Assembly: GCA_021788115.1 (NCBI GenBank) | Contig: JAJYLA010000002.1 | Location: 20,476-84,475 of the forward strand | Direction of reading: 5' to 3' | DNA length: 64,000 nt | Origin: Actinomycetes bacterium | GTDB taxonomy: Bacteria > Actinomycetota > Acidimicrobiia > Acidimicrobiales > Palsa-688 | Shown: positions 10,532 through 18,514 of the stretch, one piece after another | How the letters are laid out: the number at the start of each line of letters is the position of its first letter | How positions within the stretch are numbered: position 1 is the first letter of the stretch | Position numbers and translations under genes: made by a program | The notes under the pieces: generated by a model | The model's database searches: none | The model's input: only the letters and a program-made list of their open reading frames with translations | What the model was told of the DNA's origin: nothing

Positions 10532-10696
10532 TGCGGTCCTCCTGCCCGGTGGGCGATGATCTGCGATGGTGGGCTGCGGTGACCTTCACGCGTCAGCGGT
10601 GAGGGCCACTCTAGTTGGGGTTCGGTCCGGCACACATCTCCGTGCGCAGGCGTCGCCGGCCCCGTCCCGGCGGATCCCGACCGCGACGCGACCCTC

Positions 10697-11269
10697 TTAC
10701 GACGGCGCCGGCGACGGGCCGTCGGCCAACACCACCTCGGAGCGGTGAGCGAACCCGACGCTGTTGTCCACGAACAGCAGTCGCGCCGTACGCAGCCGCC
10801 ACAAGCCCACGTCGGCGGTTCGCCCGGCGACCTCCATACGCACCAGTGCGGGACCCCCCCTCGCCGCGTCTTGCGGGTTCGGGCCGGCGCTGCCTACGAC
10901 TCCCCGGAGCATCTCGCGCAGCCACGGGAACCGGGTGATGTACACCTCCAGGGCCGTATCGATCTCCTCGAACCCGAGACGCGCGGCGCCGGCCTCCAGC
11001 TGGACGCCTTTGATGTCGCGCCACCGGGTGGCCTCGGCGCTGATCGTTGCCGCAGCCCGGCCCGTCGCCGCCATGTGCCGCGCGTGGCGCGAGTCGGGTG
11101 CGGAGACGAAGAGGAGGTCGAGTCCCTCCGCGGGGGTGAACGCCGACGCGTAGAAGACGTCCGCCGCCCAGAGATCACCCTCCGCGCAGGTCGCCAGGGT
11201 CATCACGTGATGCTCTGAGAGGAAGGCGAGGGCCCGTTGCCGAAGTTCGTTCACGCCATCGCCCATCAT
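10697..11269 (-). CDS. Pyridoxamine-5'-phosphate-oxidase-like split-barrel flavin-binding protein, 190 aa
   Basis: The N-terminus LRQRALAFLSEHHVMTLATCAEGDLWAADVFYA is typical of PNPOx-like FMN/F420-binding proteins. Confidence 0.6.
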   Translation of the reverse strand: MMGDGVNELRQRALAFLSEHHVMTLATCAEGDLWAADVFYASAFTPAEGLDLLFVSAPDSRHARHMAATGRAAATISAEATRWRDIKGVQLEAGAARLGFEEIDTALEVYITRFPWLREMLRGVVGSAGPNPQDAARGGPALVRMEVAGRTADVGLWRLRTARLLFVDNSVGFAHRSEVVLADGPSPAPS

Positions 11270-11312
11270 GCTTCGACCGACGGGACGCGTGCCACGCCGG
11301 TGCCCTCCATCT

Positions 11313-12056
11313 CTAGCCGGTCACCCGCCTTCTGCGTGGACGCGGCGATCCCGTGCGCCGTGCCCCCGGGGAATCGACGGGAACGGGTCCGCTCTCATGG
11401 AGGATCCCCAGGCGCTGGGCCGTCACCACCGCCTCCACGCGATTGTGGGCGTTGAGCTGGGTGAGCAGGCTCTGGACATAGTTCCTGGCGGTGAAGTAGC
11501 TGATCGACAGGCGCTGCGCGACGGTCTTGGTGTCGAGGCCCTGCCCGAGCAGCTGAAGGACTTCGACCGCGCGGGGGGTGAGGACCACATTCTCGGAGTA
11601 GGCCTTCTCCTGCGCCTGGCGGAGGTCTCCGATGTCCTCTTCGAGGGCGTCGACCAGCCTCCGGAGAAAGTGCGCGGAGATCACGTCCAAAGAGGCGTCG
11701 CGCACCCGGTGGATGACCAGGTCGCCGTCCGAGGTGGTGATCCGCTCGTGGCGCAGGGACCAGGCGCCCAGACCGCGATCGCGCGCGAGAAGGCAACTCG
11801 TGGAGCCCGCGCTGCAGGCCTCGTTGAAGGCTATGCATTCACGGGCGCACGGCAGCGGGTCGCGCACCGGTAGCCGCCGCATCAGGCGGTAACAACCCTG
11901 CCCGAGCGCTTCATCCGGCGGGACCCCGAGGATCCTGGACATACCGGGGCTCCAGCCCACGATGGTCCGGTCACCGTCGGCGACGAAGAATCCCTCGCCG
12001 CCCCGCGACTGTGTGGAAACGACCTCCGCCGCCCATTGGATAGCCGTGTCTTCCAT
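11313..12056 (-). CDS. PAS-domain / LuxR-family HTH transcriptional regulator, 247 aa
   Basis: The N-terminal PAS-like region is GFFVADGDRTIVGWSPGMSRILGVPPDEALGQGCYRLM, followed by a Cys-rich stretch. The C-terminus LTPRAVEVLQLLGQGLDTKTVAQRLSISYFTARNYVQSLLTQLNAHNRVEAV is a LuxR/GerE HTH. Confidence 0.8.
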   Translation of the reverse strand: MEDTAIQWAAEVVSTQSRGGEGFFVADGDRTIVGWSPGMSRILGVPPDEALGQGCYRLMRRLPVRDPLPCARECIAFNEACSAGSTSCLLARDRGLGAWSLRHERITTSDGDLVIHRVRDASLDVISAHFLRRLVDALEEDIGDLRQAQEKAYSENVVLTPRAVEVLQLLGQGLDTKTVAQRLSISYFTARNYVQSLLTQLNAHNRVEAVVTAQRLGILHESGPVPVDSPGARRTGSPRPRRRRVTG

Positions 12057-12169
12057 CGTTCCTCCCCCCGGCCGCCGGGTCCGCGTGGAATCGACGTTAC
12101 GGCTGGCAACCCGCCGACGACAGAGTCGAAGGTCCCGAATAGGGCGGGCGCACCGCCTTTCCGGTCAGA

Positions 12170-13531
12170 TCACGAGGGATCGGGCCCCATGGCATCGACG
12201 CGGACGACGCGCTTGGCTTTGAGCTCGGGGCGAGGCAGCGTCCCTTCCGGGACGGCGAGCGCGTCGACCCTTATACCGAGCCGTATCCTGATCTCCTCGG
12301 CGACCGTCAGAACCTCGCGGTTCCGCTCCTCGGCGCTGGAGCCGGCGTGCAGTTCGAGAAGGACCCGCACCTGGTCCATGTGGTCCTGGCGGAACACCTC
12401 GATGCGGAACTCGTCGACGCTCGGGTGCCGGCGTACGGCGTCCTCGATGGCGCTCGGGAAGACGTTGACGCCGCGCACCACGAGCATGTCGTCGCTGCGA
12501 CCCCGGACACCACCGTCGAGACGGGCAAAAGTTCGCCCGCAGGGGCAGGGATCGCGCACGAGGCGCACACGGTCCCGCGTCCGGTAGCGGATCAGGGGCG
12601 AGCCCCGGCGCCCGAGGTTGGTCACGACCAGTTCACCCTCGCCCTCCGCCGCCACCTCCCCCGAGTCCGGGTCGAGGACCTCCACCACGAACTCCGCCTC
12701 GTTGACGTGAATGCCGCCGGGATGCGCCTGGCACTCGAACCCCATGGCGCCGACCTCGGTGAGCCCGTAGTGGTCGTAGGAAACGGCGCCCCACTGCTCC
12801 TCGATGCGTCGCTTGGTGGCGGGGATGCTGGCACCGGGCTCCCCCGCGTGGATGGTTGTACGGACAGCCGTCGCCGCCGGGTCGATTCCTTCCTCGCGCG
12901 CCACCTCGGCGAGGTGCAGGGCGTACGAAGGGGTACAGACGAGCACGGTGGCGGCGGCGTCGCCGAGCAGGTGAGCGCGCAGCTTGGAGCTCTGCCCGCC
13001 GCCGGGCAGGGTCAGGGCACCGATCGACGAGGCAGCCTCGAACCCGGCCCAGAAACCGATGAACGGTCCGAACGAGAAGCCGAACATGACCCGGTCGCCG
13101 GGCCCGACGCCGGCGGCCCGGAGCACGAAGCTCCAGCAGCGCGTCCACCAGGCCCAGGACTCGCGCGTGTCCAGCCAGCGGATCGGCACTCCTGTGGTCC
13201 CCGACGTCTGGTGGTAGCGGACGTAGTGGTCCAGCGGATAGGTGAGCACCGTGCCGTAGGGCGGATGCTCCAGCTGGTCCACCACGAGCTGGTCCTTGGT
13301 GGTGAGCGGCAGCCGGGCAAGGTCACGCCGGCTCCGGATGACCGGGACTTCCGAAAGGCCGGCCTGATGCCACAGTCGCCGGTAAAAGGCGTTCTCGGCG
13401 CCGACCTCGGCAACCAGGGTCTCGAGTCGCTGCAGGCTCAGGGCCTGCAGCGCGTCAGGGTCGAGGGTCTCAACGGCTCGATTGAAGTAGGTGATCGCCC
13501 CCGGGGCGGCCACCGGCTCGGCCCCTAACAC
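12170..13531 (-). CDS. Phenylacetate-CoA-ligase-like (PaaK / coenzyme F390 synthetase family) aryl-acetate CoA ligase, about 453 aa
   Basis: The sequence contains VETLDPDALQALSLQRLETLV, YHQTSGTTGVPIRW, RYRTRDRV and GRSDDMLVVRGVNVFPSAIE. I prefer the GTG at 13531 because GGGGAG lies 5 nt upstream. The track's Met at 13615 adds an Arg/Ala-rich extension. GTG at 13513 is also possible. Confidence 0.8.
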   Translation of the reverse strand: MLGAEPVAAPGAITYFNRAVETLDPDALQALSLQRLETLVAEVGAENAFYRRLWHQAGLSEVPVIRSRRDLARLPLTTKDQLVVDQLEHPPYGTVLTYPLDHYVRYHQTSGTTGVPIRWLDTRESWAWWTRCWSFVLRAAGVGPGDRVMFGFSFGPFIGFWAGFEAASSIGALTLPGGGQSSKLRAHLLGDAAATVLVCTPSYALHLAEVAREEGIDPAATAVRTTIHAGEPGASIPATKRRIEEQWGAVSYDHYGLTEVGAMGFECQAHPGGIHVNEAEFVVEVLDPDSGEVAAEGEGELVVTNLGRRGSPLIRYRTRDRVRLVRDPCPCGRTFARLDGGVRGRSDDMLVVRGVNVFPSAIEDAVRRHPSVDEFRIEVFRQDHMDQVRVLLELHAGSSAEERNREVLTVAEEIRIRLGIRVDALAVPEGTLPRPELKAKRVVRVDAMGPDPS

Positions 13532-13582
13532 GCAGTCTCCCCGAAGCTCCCCATCGCCGCGAAGACTAGCGCGTGCTCCGGC

Positions 13583-13683
13583 GCGCACCGGTGCTGCGTC
13601 TCGCGGATCAACCATCGCCGATCGGTCACGGGGTCATTCTTCCGGCAGCCCGTTCCGCGCCACAGGGTCGAGCGCACCGGTGC
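13583..13683. promoter_or_regulatory. Two identical copies of GCGCACCGGTGC (core is the 10-bp perfect palindrome GCACCGGTGC) spaced 89 bp start to start
   Basis: The copies sit at 13583-13594 and 13672-13683, in the divergent region between the PaaK-like ligase (minus) and iclR (plus). The second copy ends 12 nt upstream of the -35 listed below. Confidence 0.4.
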
Positions 13684-13695
13684 GAATGCATCCCC

Positions 13696-13724
13696 TTGAC
13701 TTTGCGGCACGGGATTGCTACCGT
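13696..13724 (+). promoter_or_regulatory. Candidate promoter of the iclR-hcrCAB unit (TTGACT-17 nt-TACCGT)
   Basis: TTGACT lies at 13696-13701 and TACCGT at 13719-13724, with a 17-nt spacer. AGAGGA lies upstream of the ATG at 13743. Confidence 0.45.
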
Positions 13725-13742
13725 TCATCCAGAGGACCGAAT

Positions 13743-14591
13743 ATGATTCGATATACCGAACTAACCAGCGAACCTGAGGTGCGGGGAGGCAACGGGCACC
13801 CCCCGCGGCCGCGCGGCAAGGTGCCCTCCGTGGAGCGTGCGATCCGCGTGCTGAACGCCCTCAACGGCGACACCAGCAGCCGGCGTCTGTCCGATCTGAG
13901 CGAGGAGCTCGAGCTCTCCAAGAGCACCCTGTCCGAGCTCCTGTCCACCCTGGAAGGATCCGGATTCGTCGAGCGGGATCCCGACTCCCGGCTCTTCCGC
14001 CTGGGCCCCGCCCTGGTGGAGCTGGGAAGAGCGGCCCGCCGGGACATGAGCCTCACCAGGGTGGCACGCAGGGACCTCGACTGGCTGCACCAGGTATCGG
14101 AGGAGACCGCGATCCTCCACGTCCAAAGCGCAGGAGCCGCGGTGATCGTCGATGCCAGTGAGTCCCGGCATCAGTTGAAGGTCGTCGCTCCCCTGGGTCA
14201 CCGTCTTCCCCCGTTCGGCGGTGCGGTCGCCAAGGTGCTCTTCGCCGCGCTGCCCGAAGACGAGTGGGTGCAGGCGGTCGGCCGGGGACCTCTCCCCGCG
14301 TTCACCGCCCGCTCGATCATCGACCCCGACGCCTACCGCGCCGAGCTGCAGAGGGTCCGGCGGCGGGGCTACGCCACCGACGACGAGGAGTACCTGGCCG
14401 GGACGCGGGCGGTGTCCGCAGGGATCGTGGACGAGACGGGGCGCACCGTGGCCGTGATCACGGTGATCGGCGCGAGCTCCCGCATGGGCCGGGACCGGCT
14501 CCAGACGCTCGCGCACCAGACGGCAGCAGCCGCGGCGAGGATCTCCAAAGGACTCGGTGCGCGGCTGCCGGACGCGGGGGCGCTGCCGTGA
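13743..14591 (+). CDS. IclR-family transcriptional regulator, 282 aa
   Basis: This is the in-frame ATG within track ORF 13491..14591. VPSVERAIRVLNALNGDTSSRRLSDLSEELELSKSTLSELLSTLEGSGFVERD is an IclR HTH, followed by a C-terminal effector domain. The stop overlaps the next start (GTGA). Confidence 0.85.
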   Translation: MIRYTELTSEPEVRGGNGHPPRPRGKVPSVERAIRVLNALNGDTSSRRLSDLSEELELSKSTLSELLSTLEGSGFVERDPDSRLFRLGPALVELGRAARRDMSLTRVARRDLDWLHQVSEETAILHVQSAGAAVIVDASESRHQLKVVAPLGHRLPPFGGAVAKVLFAALPEDEWVQAVGRGPLPAFTARSIIDPDAYRAELQRVRRRGYATDDEEYLAGTRAVSAGIVDETGRTVAVITVIGASSRMGRDRLQTLAHQTAAAAARISKGLGARLPDAGALP

Positions 14592-15109
14592 GCCGCCGGC
14601 TCCTGGTCCTCCGGGTCAACGGCCTGGCGCGGGAGGCCGCGGTGGACGAGCACCACACCCTCCTCGAGGTCCTCCGCGAGGATCTGCACCTGACGGGCAC
14701 CAAGCACGGGTGCGAGCTCGGAGAGTGCGGGGCGTGCACGGTGCTGGTGGACGGCGAGCCGTGGCTGGCCTGCCTCACCCTCGCCGTCGACGTCGAGGGA
14801 TGCGAGATCACCACCGTGGAGGGTCTGGCCGCCCCCGGGCGCCCCGATCCCCTGCAATCTGCGTTCGCCGAGCTCGGAGCCGCCCAGTGCGGGTACTGCA
14901 GCCCGGGCATGCTCGTCTCCGCGCGGGCGCTCCTCGACGCCAACCCTTCCCCCACCCGGGACGAGGTGCGCCACGCGCTGGCCGGCAACCTCTGCCGGTG
15001 CACGGGCTACGAGGCGATCCTCGACGCGGTGCTGCTGGCCGCGGACCGGGACGGCTCCGCCCGCGCCGCGGCACACGTCGCAGGAGGAGGTGACCGAGGT
15101 GACCGTTGA
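14588..15109 (+). CDS. hcrC: [2Fe-2S]-binding small subunit of a molybdenum hydroxylase; 4-hydroxybenzoyl-CoA reductase gamma-like
   Basis: GTG start. CELGECGACTVLVDG is a plant-type 2Fe-2S motif. CGYCSPGM...CRCTGY is the second 2Fe-2S motif. Confidence 0.75.
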   Translation: MSRRLLVLRVNGLAREAAVDEHHTLLEVLREDLHLTGTKHGCELGECGACTVLVDGEPWLACLTLAVDVEGCEITTVEGLAAPGRPDPLQSAFAELGAAQCGYCSPGMLVSARALLDANPSPTRDEVRHALAGNLCRCTGYEAILDAVLLAADRDGSARAAAHVAGGGDRGDR

Positions 15110-17504
15110 CCCGTCGCGGACCGACGACCTGGCGGTGGTCGGCACGCGCCGCCCCAAGATCGACGCGATGGCGCGTCTTACCGGCGAGGCCCGCTACGCC
15201 GACGACCTGTCTATGCCGGGAATGCTCGTGGGCCGCCAGCTTCGGAGCATCCACGCCCACGCCCGGATCCGGTCGGTCGACACGAGCAGGGCGGAGGCCC
15301 TGCCGGGAGTCGTCGCCGTGATCACCGGGCGGGACGTGCCCATCGCGTACGGCGTCCTGCCGGTGAGCCAGGACGAGAACGCGCTGGCCGTCGACCGGGT
15401 CCGCTACGTCGGCGAGCCCGTGGCAGCGGTGGCAGCGGTCGACGAGGAGACCGCCGAGCAAGCCCTGCGGCTGGTGAGCGTCGACTACGAGCCGCTGCCC
15501 GCCGTTCTGTCCATCGAGGACGCGCTGGATCCCTCCGGGGTGCTCATCCACGGCGAGGGCCAGGGTGCCAACGTCCACAAGGCGGTGGCCCTCGAGTTCG
15601 GGGACGTCGACGCGGGGTTCGCGGCTGCCGACCTCGTGCGCGAGGACGTCTTCAGCTTCGCCGGCAACACCCACGCCCCCCTCGAACAGCCCGCCACCCT
15701 CGCGGCCCTCGGTGGCGACGGCCGCCTGACGGTGTGGTCGGCCACCCAGGCACCGCATTATCTGCACCGCGCCCTCGCGCGGGTGCTCGAGCTGCCGTCG
15801 TCGAGGATCCGGGTGGTGGCCCCGCCCGTGGGCGGCGGCTTCGGCGCCAAGACGGACATCCTCCCCCACGAGGTCGCGGCCGCCAAGCTGGCCATGGTGA
15901 CGGGGCGCCCCGTGAAGATCACCCTCACCCGCGAGGAGGTCTTCCACTCGCACCGGGGCCGCCACCCGGTGCAGATGTGGGTGCGCACCGGCTTCACGAG
16001 CGACGGCCGGATCACGGCGATGCACTTTCGATCGCTGCTGGACGGAGGGGCCTACGGAAGCTTCGGCGTCGCCAGCACCTATTACACCGGCGCCCTGCAG
16101 ACGACGACGTACCGCATCCCGGCGTACCGCTTCGAGGGGTTGCGCGTCTTCACGACAAAACCTCCCTGCGGCCCCAAGCGTGGCCACGGCACGCCCCAGC
16201 CGCGCTTCGCCGTCGAGCGCCACCTGGACCGTGCCGCCGAGGAGCTGGGCCTCGACCCGGTCGAGCTGCGCCTGCGGAACGCCGTGGAGCCCTTCAGCCG
16301 GACGGTCAACCACCTTCGCATCACGAGTTGCGGGATGCGTGCCTGCATCGAGGAGGTCGTGTCCGCCTCGGGATATCACGGGAAAAAGGGCCACCTCCCG
16401 CGGGGTCGGGGCGTGGGCTTCGCCGTGAGCGCCTACCTCTCGGGAGCGGGCCTCCCCATCTACTGGAACGACATGCCGCAATCGGAGGTCCACATCAAGG
16501 TGGACCGGGGCGGCGGGGTCACGGTGTTCTCCGGCGCGACCGACATCGGCCAGGGGTCCACCTCGACGCTGGCGACGATCGTGGCCGAGATCCTCGGTCT
16601 GCAGCCCGAAGACCTGGCGATGGTCACGGCGGACACGGATCTCACTCCCGTCGACCTGGGGAGCTACTCGAGCCGGGTGACCTTCATGGCCGGCAACGCG
16701 GCAATCGACGCCGCCAGCAAGCTGGCCCGGCTCGTCGCGGAGGGCGCCGCCCAACGCCTCGGCGTCCCGCCGGAAGAGCTGGTTTTCCGCGGCGGCCAGG
16801 TCGCCGTTCGCGGGGACCCGCGCAAGAGCCTCTCGTGGGCACAGGCGGTCCGCGCCGCTTCCGCCCGCGGCGCGCTCATGACGTCGGGGGTGTACTGGGC
16901 CCCCGAGATGGCAGGGCCCTACCGTGGCTCGGGCGTGGGCATCTCCCCCGCCTACAGCTATTCCGCCGCGGTGGTCGAGGTCGCAACCGATCCCGAGACC
17001 GGTGAGGTCTCCGTCGAGGAGGTCTGGATCGCCCACGACATCGGCAGGGCCATCAACCCGGTTCTGGTGCAGGGCCAGGTCGAGGGAAGCGTGTACATGG
17101 CCGTCGGCGAGGCCTTGATGGAGGAACAGTCCTTCCGTCGCCAGGGCGTCCACCGCGGCCCGTCCCTCCTCGACTACAAGCTTCCCACCACGCTGGAGAC
17201 GCCGAAGATCCACACCATCCTGATCGAGGAACCCGACCCTGAGGGTCCCTTCGGTGCGAAGGAGGCGGGCCAGGGGCCCCTGCTCCCGGTGATCCCCGCC
17301 GTGGCCGCTGCGGTCGAGGATGCCCTCGGCGTGGTCGTCCACGAGGTGCCGATCACCCCCGACCGCCTCCTCCGGGCCCTGCGCGCCGGCCACCGGGGCA
17401 AGGCCCCCGTGATCGGCCCGGCCTCGGTGCCGTCCTTCGAGTTCGGCGAGCCCGAAAGGGTCCAACCTCCGGTGGGTTCGCCGGCGGAGGTGGCGGTCCC
17501 ATGA
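15090..17504 (+). CDS. hcrA: Molybdopterin-binding large subunit of a molybdenum hydroxylase; 4-hydroxybenzoyl-CoA reductase alpha-like, 804 aa
   Basis: The sequence contains RRPKIDAMARLTGEARYADDL, VGGGFGAK, GSYSSRVT and GAKEAGQGPL, typical of the xanthine-oxidase family. GTG start overlaps hcrC by 20 nt. Confidence 0.75.
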   Translation: MTEVTVDPSRTDDLAVVGTRRPKIDAMARLTGEARYADDLSMPGMLVGRQLRSIHAHARIRSVDTSRAEALPGVVAVITGRDVPIAYGVLPVSQDENALAVDRVRYVGEPVAAVAAVDEETAEQALRLVSVDYEPLPAVLSIEDALDPSGVLIHGEGQGANVHKAVALEFGDVDAGFAAADLVREDVFSFAGNTHAPLEQPATLAALGGDGRLTVWSATQAPHYLHRALARVLELPSSRIRVVAPPVGGGFGAKTDILPHEVAAAKLAMVTGRPVKITLTREEVFHSHRGRHPVQMWVRTGFTSDGRITAMHFRSLLDGGAYGSFGVASTYYTGALQTTTYRIPAYRFEGLRVFTTKPPCGPKRGHGTPQPRFAVERHLDRAAEELGLDPVELRLRNAVEPFSRTVNHLRITSCGMRACIEEVVSASGYHGKKGHLPRGRGVGFAVSAYLSGAGLPIYWNDMPQSEVHIKVDRGGGVTVFSGATDIGQGSTSTLATIVAEILGLQPEDLAMVTADTDLTPVDLGSYSSRVTFMAGNAAIDAASKLARLVAEGAAQRLGVPPEELVFRGGQVAVRGDPRKSLSWAQAVRAASARGALMTSGVYWAPEMAGPYRGSGVGISPAYSYSAAVVEVATDPETGEVSVEEVWIAHDIGRAINPVLVQGQVEGSVYMAVGEALMEEQSFRRQGVHRGPSLLDYKLPTTLETPKIHTILIEEPDPEGPFGAKEAGQGPLLPVIPAVAAAVEDALGVVVHEVPITPDRLLRALRAGHRGKAPVIGPASVPSFEFGEPERVQPPVGSPAEVAVP

Positions 17505-18472
17505 TGCGCCTTCCGCCTTTTGCACGCCTGGCCCCGCGCACCCTCGCCGAGGCCGTCGAGATGCTCGCCGACCAGGGGCCCGGCGCGGCCGTGGTCGCCG
17601 GAGGGACCGACCTGTACCCGAACATGAAGCGGCGCCAGGTGGAGCACCACGCGCTCGTCGACCTCCGGGCGGTCGAGGGCATGCGGGGCATCCGCGAGGA
17701 GCCCGGCGGGGGGATCTCGATCGGGGCGACGACCCGGCTGTCCCACCTCGCCGGCTCTTCCGCCGTGCCCCGCGCCCTGGCGCACGCGGCGTCGGTGATC
17801 GCGAGCCCCCAGATCCGCAACATGGGAACCGTCGGGGGAAACCTCTGCCTCGACACCCGCTGCAGCTGGTACAACGAGCCGGAGGACTGGCGCACCGCTG
17901 TCGGCTTCTGCCTCAAGGCCGCCGGCGACGTCTGCCGGGTCGCTCCCGCGAAGTCCCACTGCTGGGCGGTCGCCTCCTCGGACCTGCCGCCCGTCGCGAT
18001 CGCCCTCGGGGCGTCGGTCCGTGCGGTCGGCCCCGGCGGAGAGCGCACCTTCCCCGTCGCCGACCTCTACCGCGACGACGGCATCGACCACCTCGCCCTG
18101 CTCCCGGGCGAGATCGTCGCCGAGCTTCTCGTGCCGCCCGTCGACGGCTTGCGGGTCACCTACCGCAAGATCCGGCGGCGGGGCTCCATCGACTTCCCCG
18201 AACTGGGCGTGGCCGCCTCCGTCCGCCTGGCACCCGAGGGCATCTGCGAGGCGGCCACCATCGTCCTCGGATCGGTCGCATCGGCCCCCGTGCGCTGCCG
18301 GGAGGCCGAAGACCTCCTCGCCGGCCGGCCCCTCACGCCCGAGGTTATCGAGGAGGCGGCCGCGGCGGCGGCCCACCCCGCCAAGCCCCAGGACAACACC
18401 GACCTCTCCCACGTCTACCGCAAGTGGGTCATCCCGATCCACGTGTCGCGCGCCCTGCAGAGCCTGTCCTGA
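17501..18472 (+). CDS. hcrB: FAD-binding medium subunit with an inserted Cys-rich loop; 4-hydroxybenzoyl-CoA reductase beta-like, 323 aa
   Basis: VVAGGTDLYPNMK and GTVGGNL are FAD-binding CODH-medium-subunit motifs. Residues 116-154 form the insert CLDTRCSWYNEPEDWRTAVGFCLKAAGDVCRVAPAKSHC. ATGA overlap with hcrA. Confidence 0.75.
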   Translation: MMRLPPFARLAPRTLAEAVEMLADQGPGAAVVAGGTDLYPNMKRRQVEHHALVDLRAVEGMRGIREEPGGGISIGATTRLSHLAGSSAVPRALAHAASVIASPQIRNMGTVGGNLCLDTRCSWYNEPEDWRTAVGFCLKAAGDVCRVAPAKSHCWAVASSDLPPVAIALGASVRAVGPGGERTFPVADLYRDDGIDHLALLPGEIVAELLVPPVDGLRVTYRKIRRRGSIDFPELGVAASVRLAPEGICEAATIVLGSVASAPVRCREAEDLLAGRPLTPEVIEEAAAAAAHPAKPQDNTDLSHVYRKWVIPIHVSRALQSLS

Positions 18473-18514
18473 CCGGGCGGTGACCGACGCCGGCAGGCGC
18501 TTACACTACATCGC

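Noticed and set aside
12170-13615. Met at 13615 as the start of the first PaaK-like ligase
   Set aside because: It would add about 28 Arg/Ala/Gly-rich residues and place the coding region over the first GCGCACCGGTGC palindrome. The GTG at 13531 has a GGGGAG ribosome-binding site and gives an N-terminus aligned with known PaaK proteins. The longer form is not excluded.
14808-17525. A 905-aa minus-strand ORF opposite the large molybdenum subunit
   Set aside because: It has the typical high-GC antisense shadow composition (Arg, Gly, Ala, Pro, Asp, His runs) and no recognisable motifs. The plus-strand frame encodes a clean xanthine-oxidase-family protein.
14588-18472. Alternative reading as an aerobic CO dehydrogenase or xanthine dehydrogenase (CoxSLM-like)
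   Set aside because: The FAD subunit carries a roughly 40-residue multi-Cys insert that CoxM/XdhB-type subunits lack. The context is 4-hydroxybenzoate-type ligase genes, an IclR regulator and the benzoyl-CoA reductase. The substrate still needs experimental proof.
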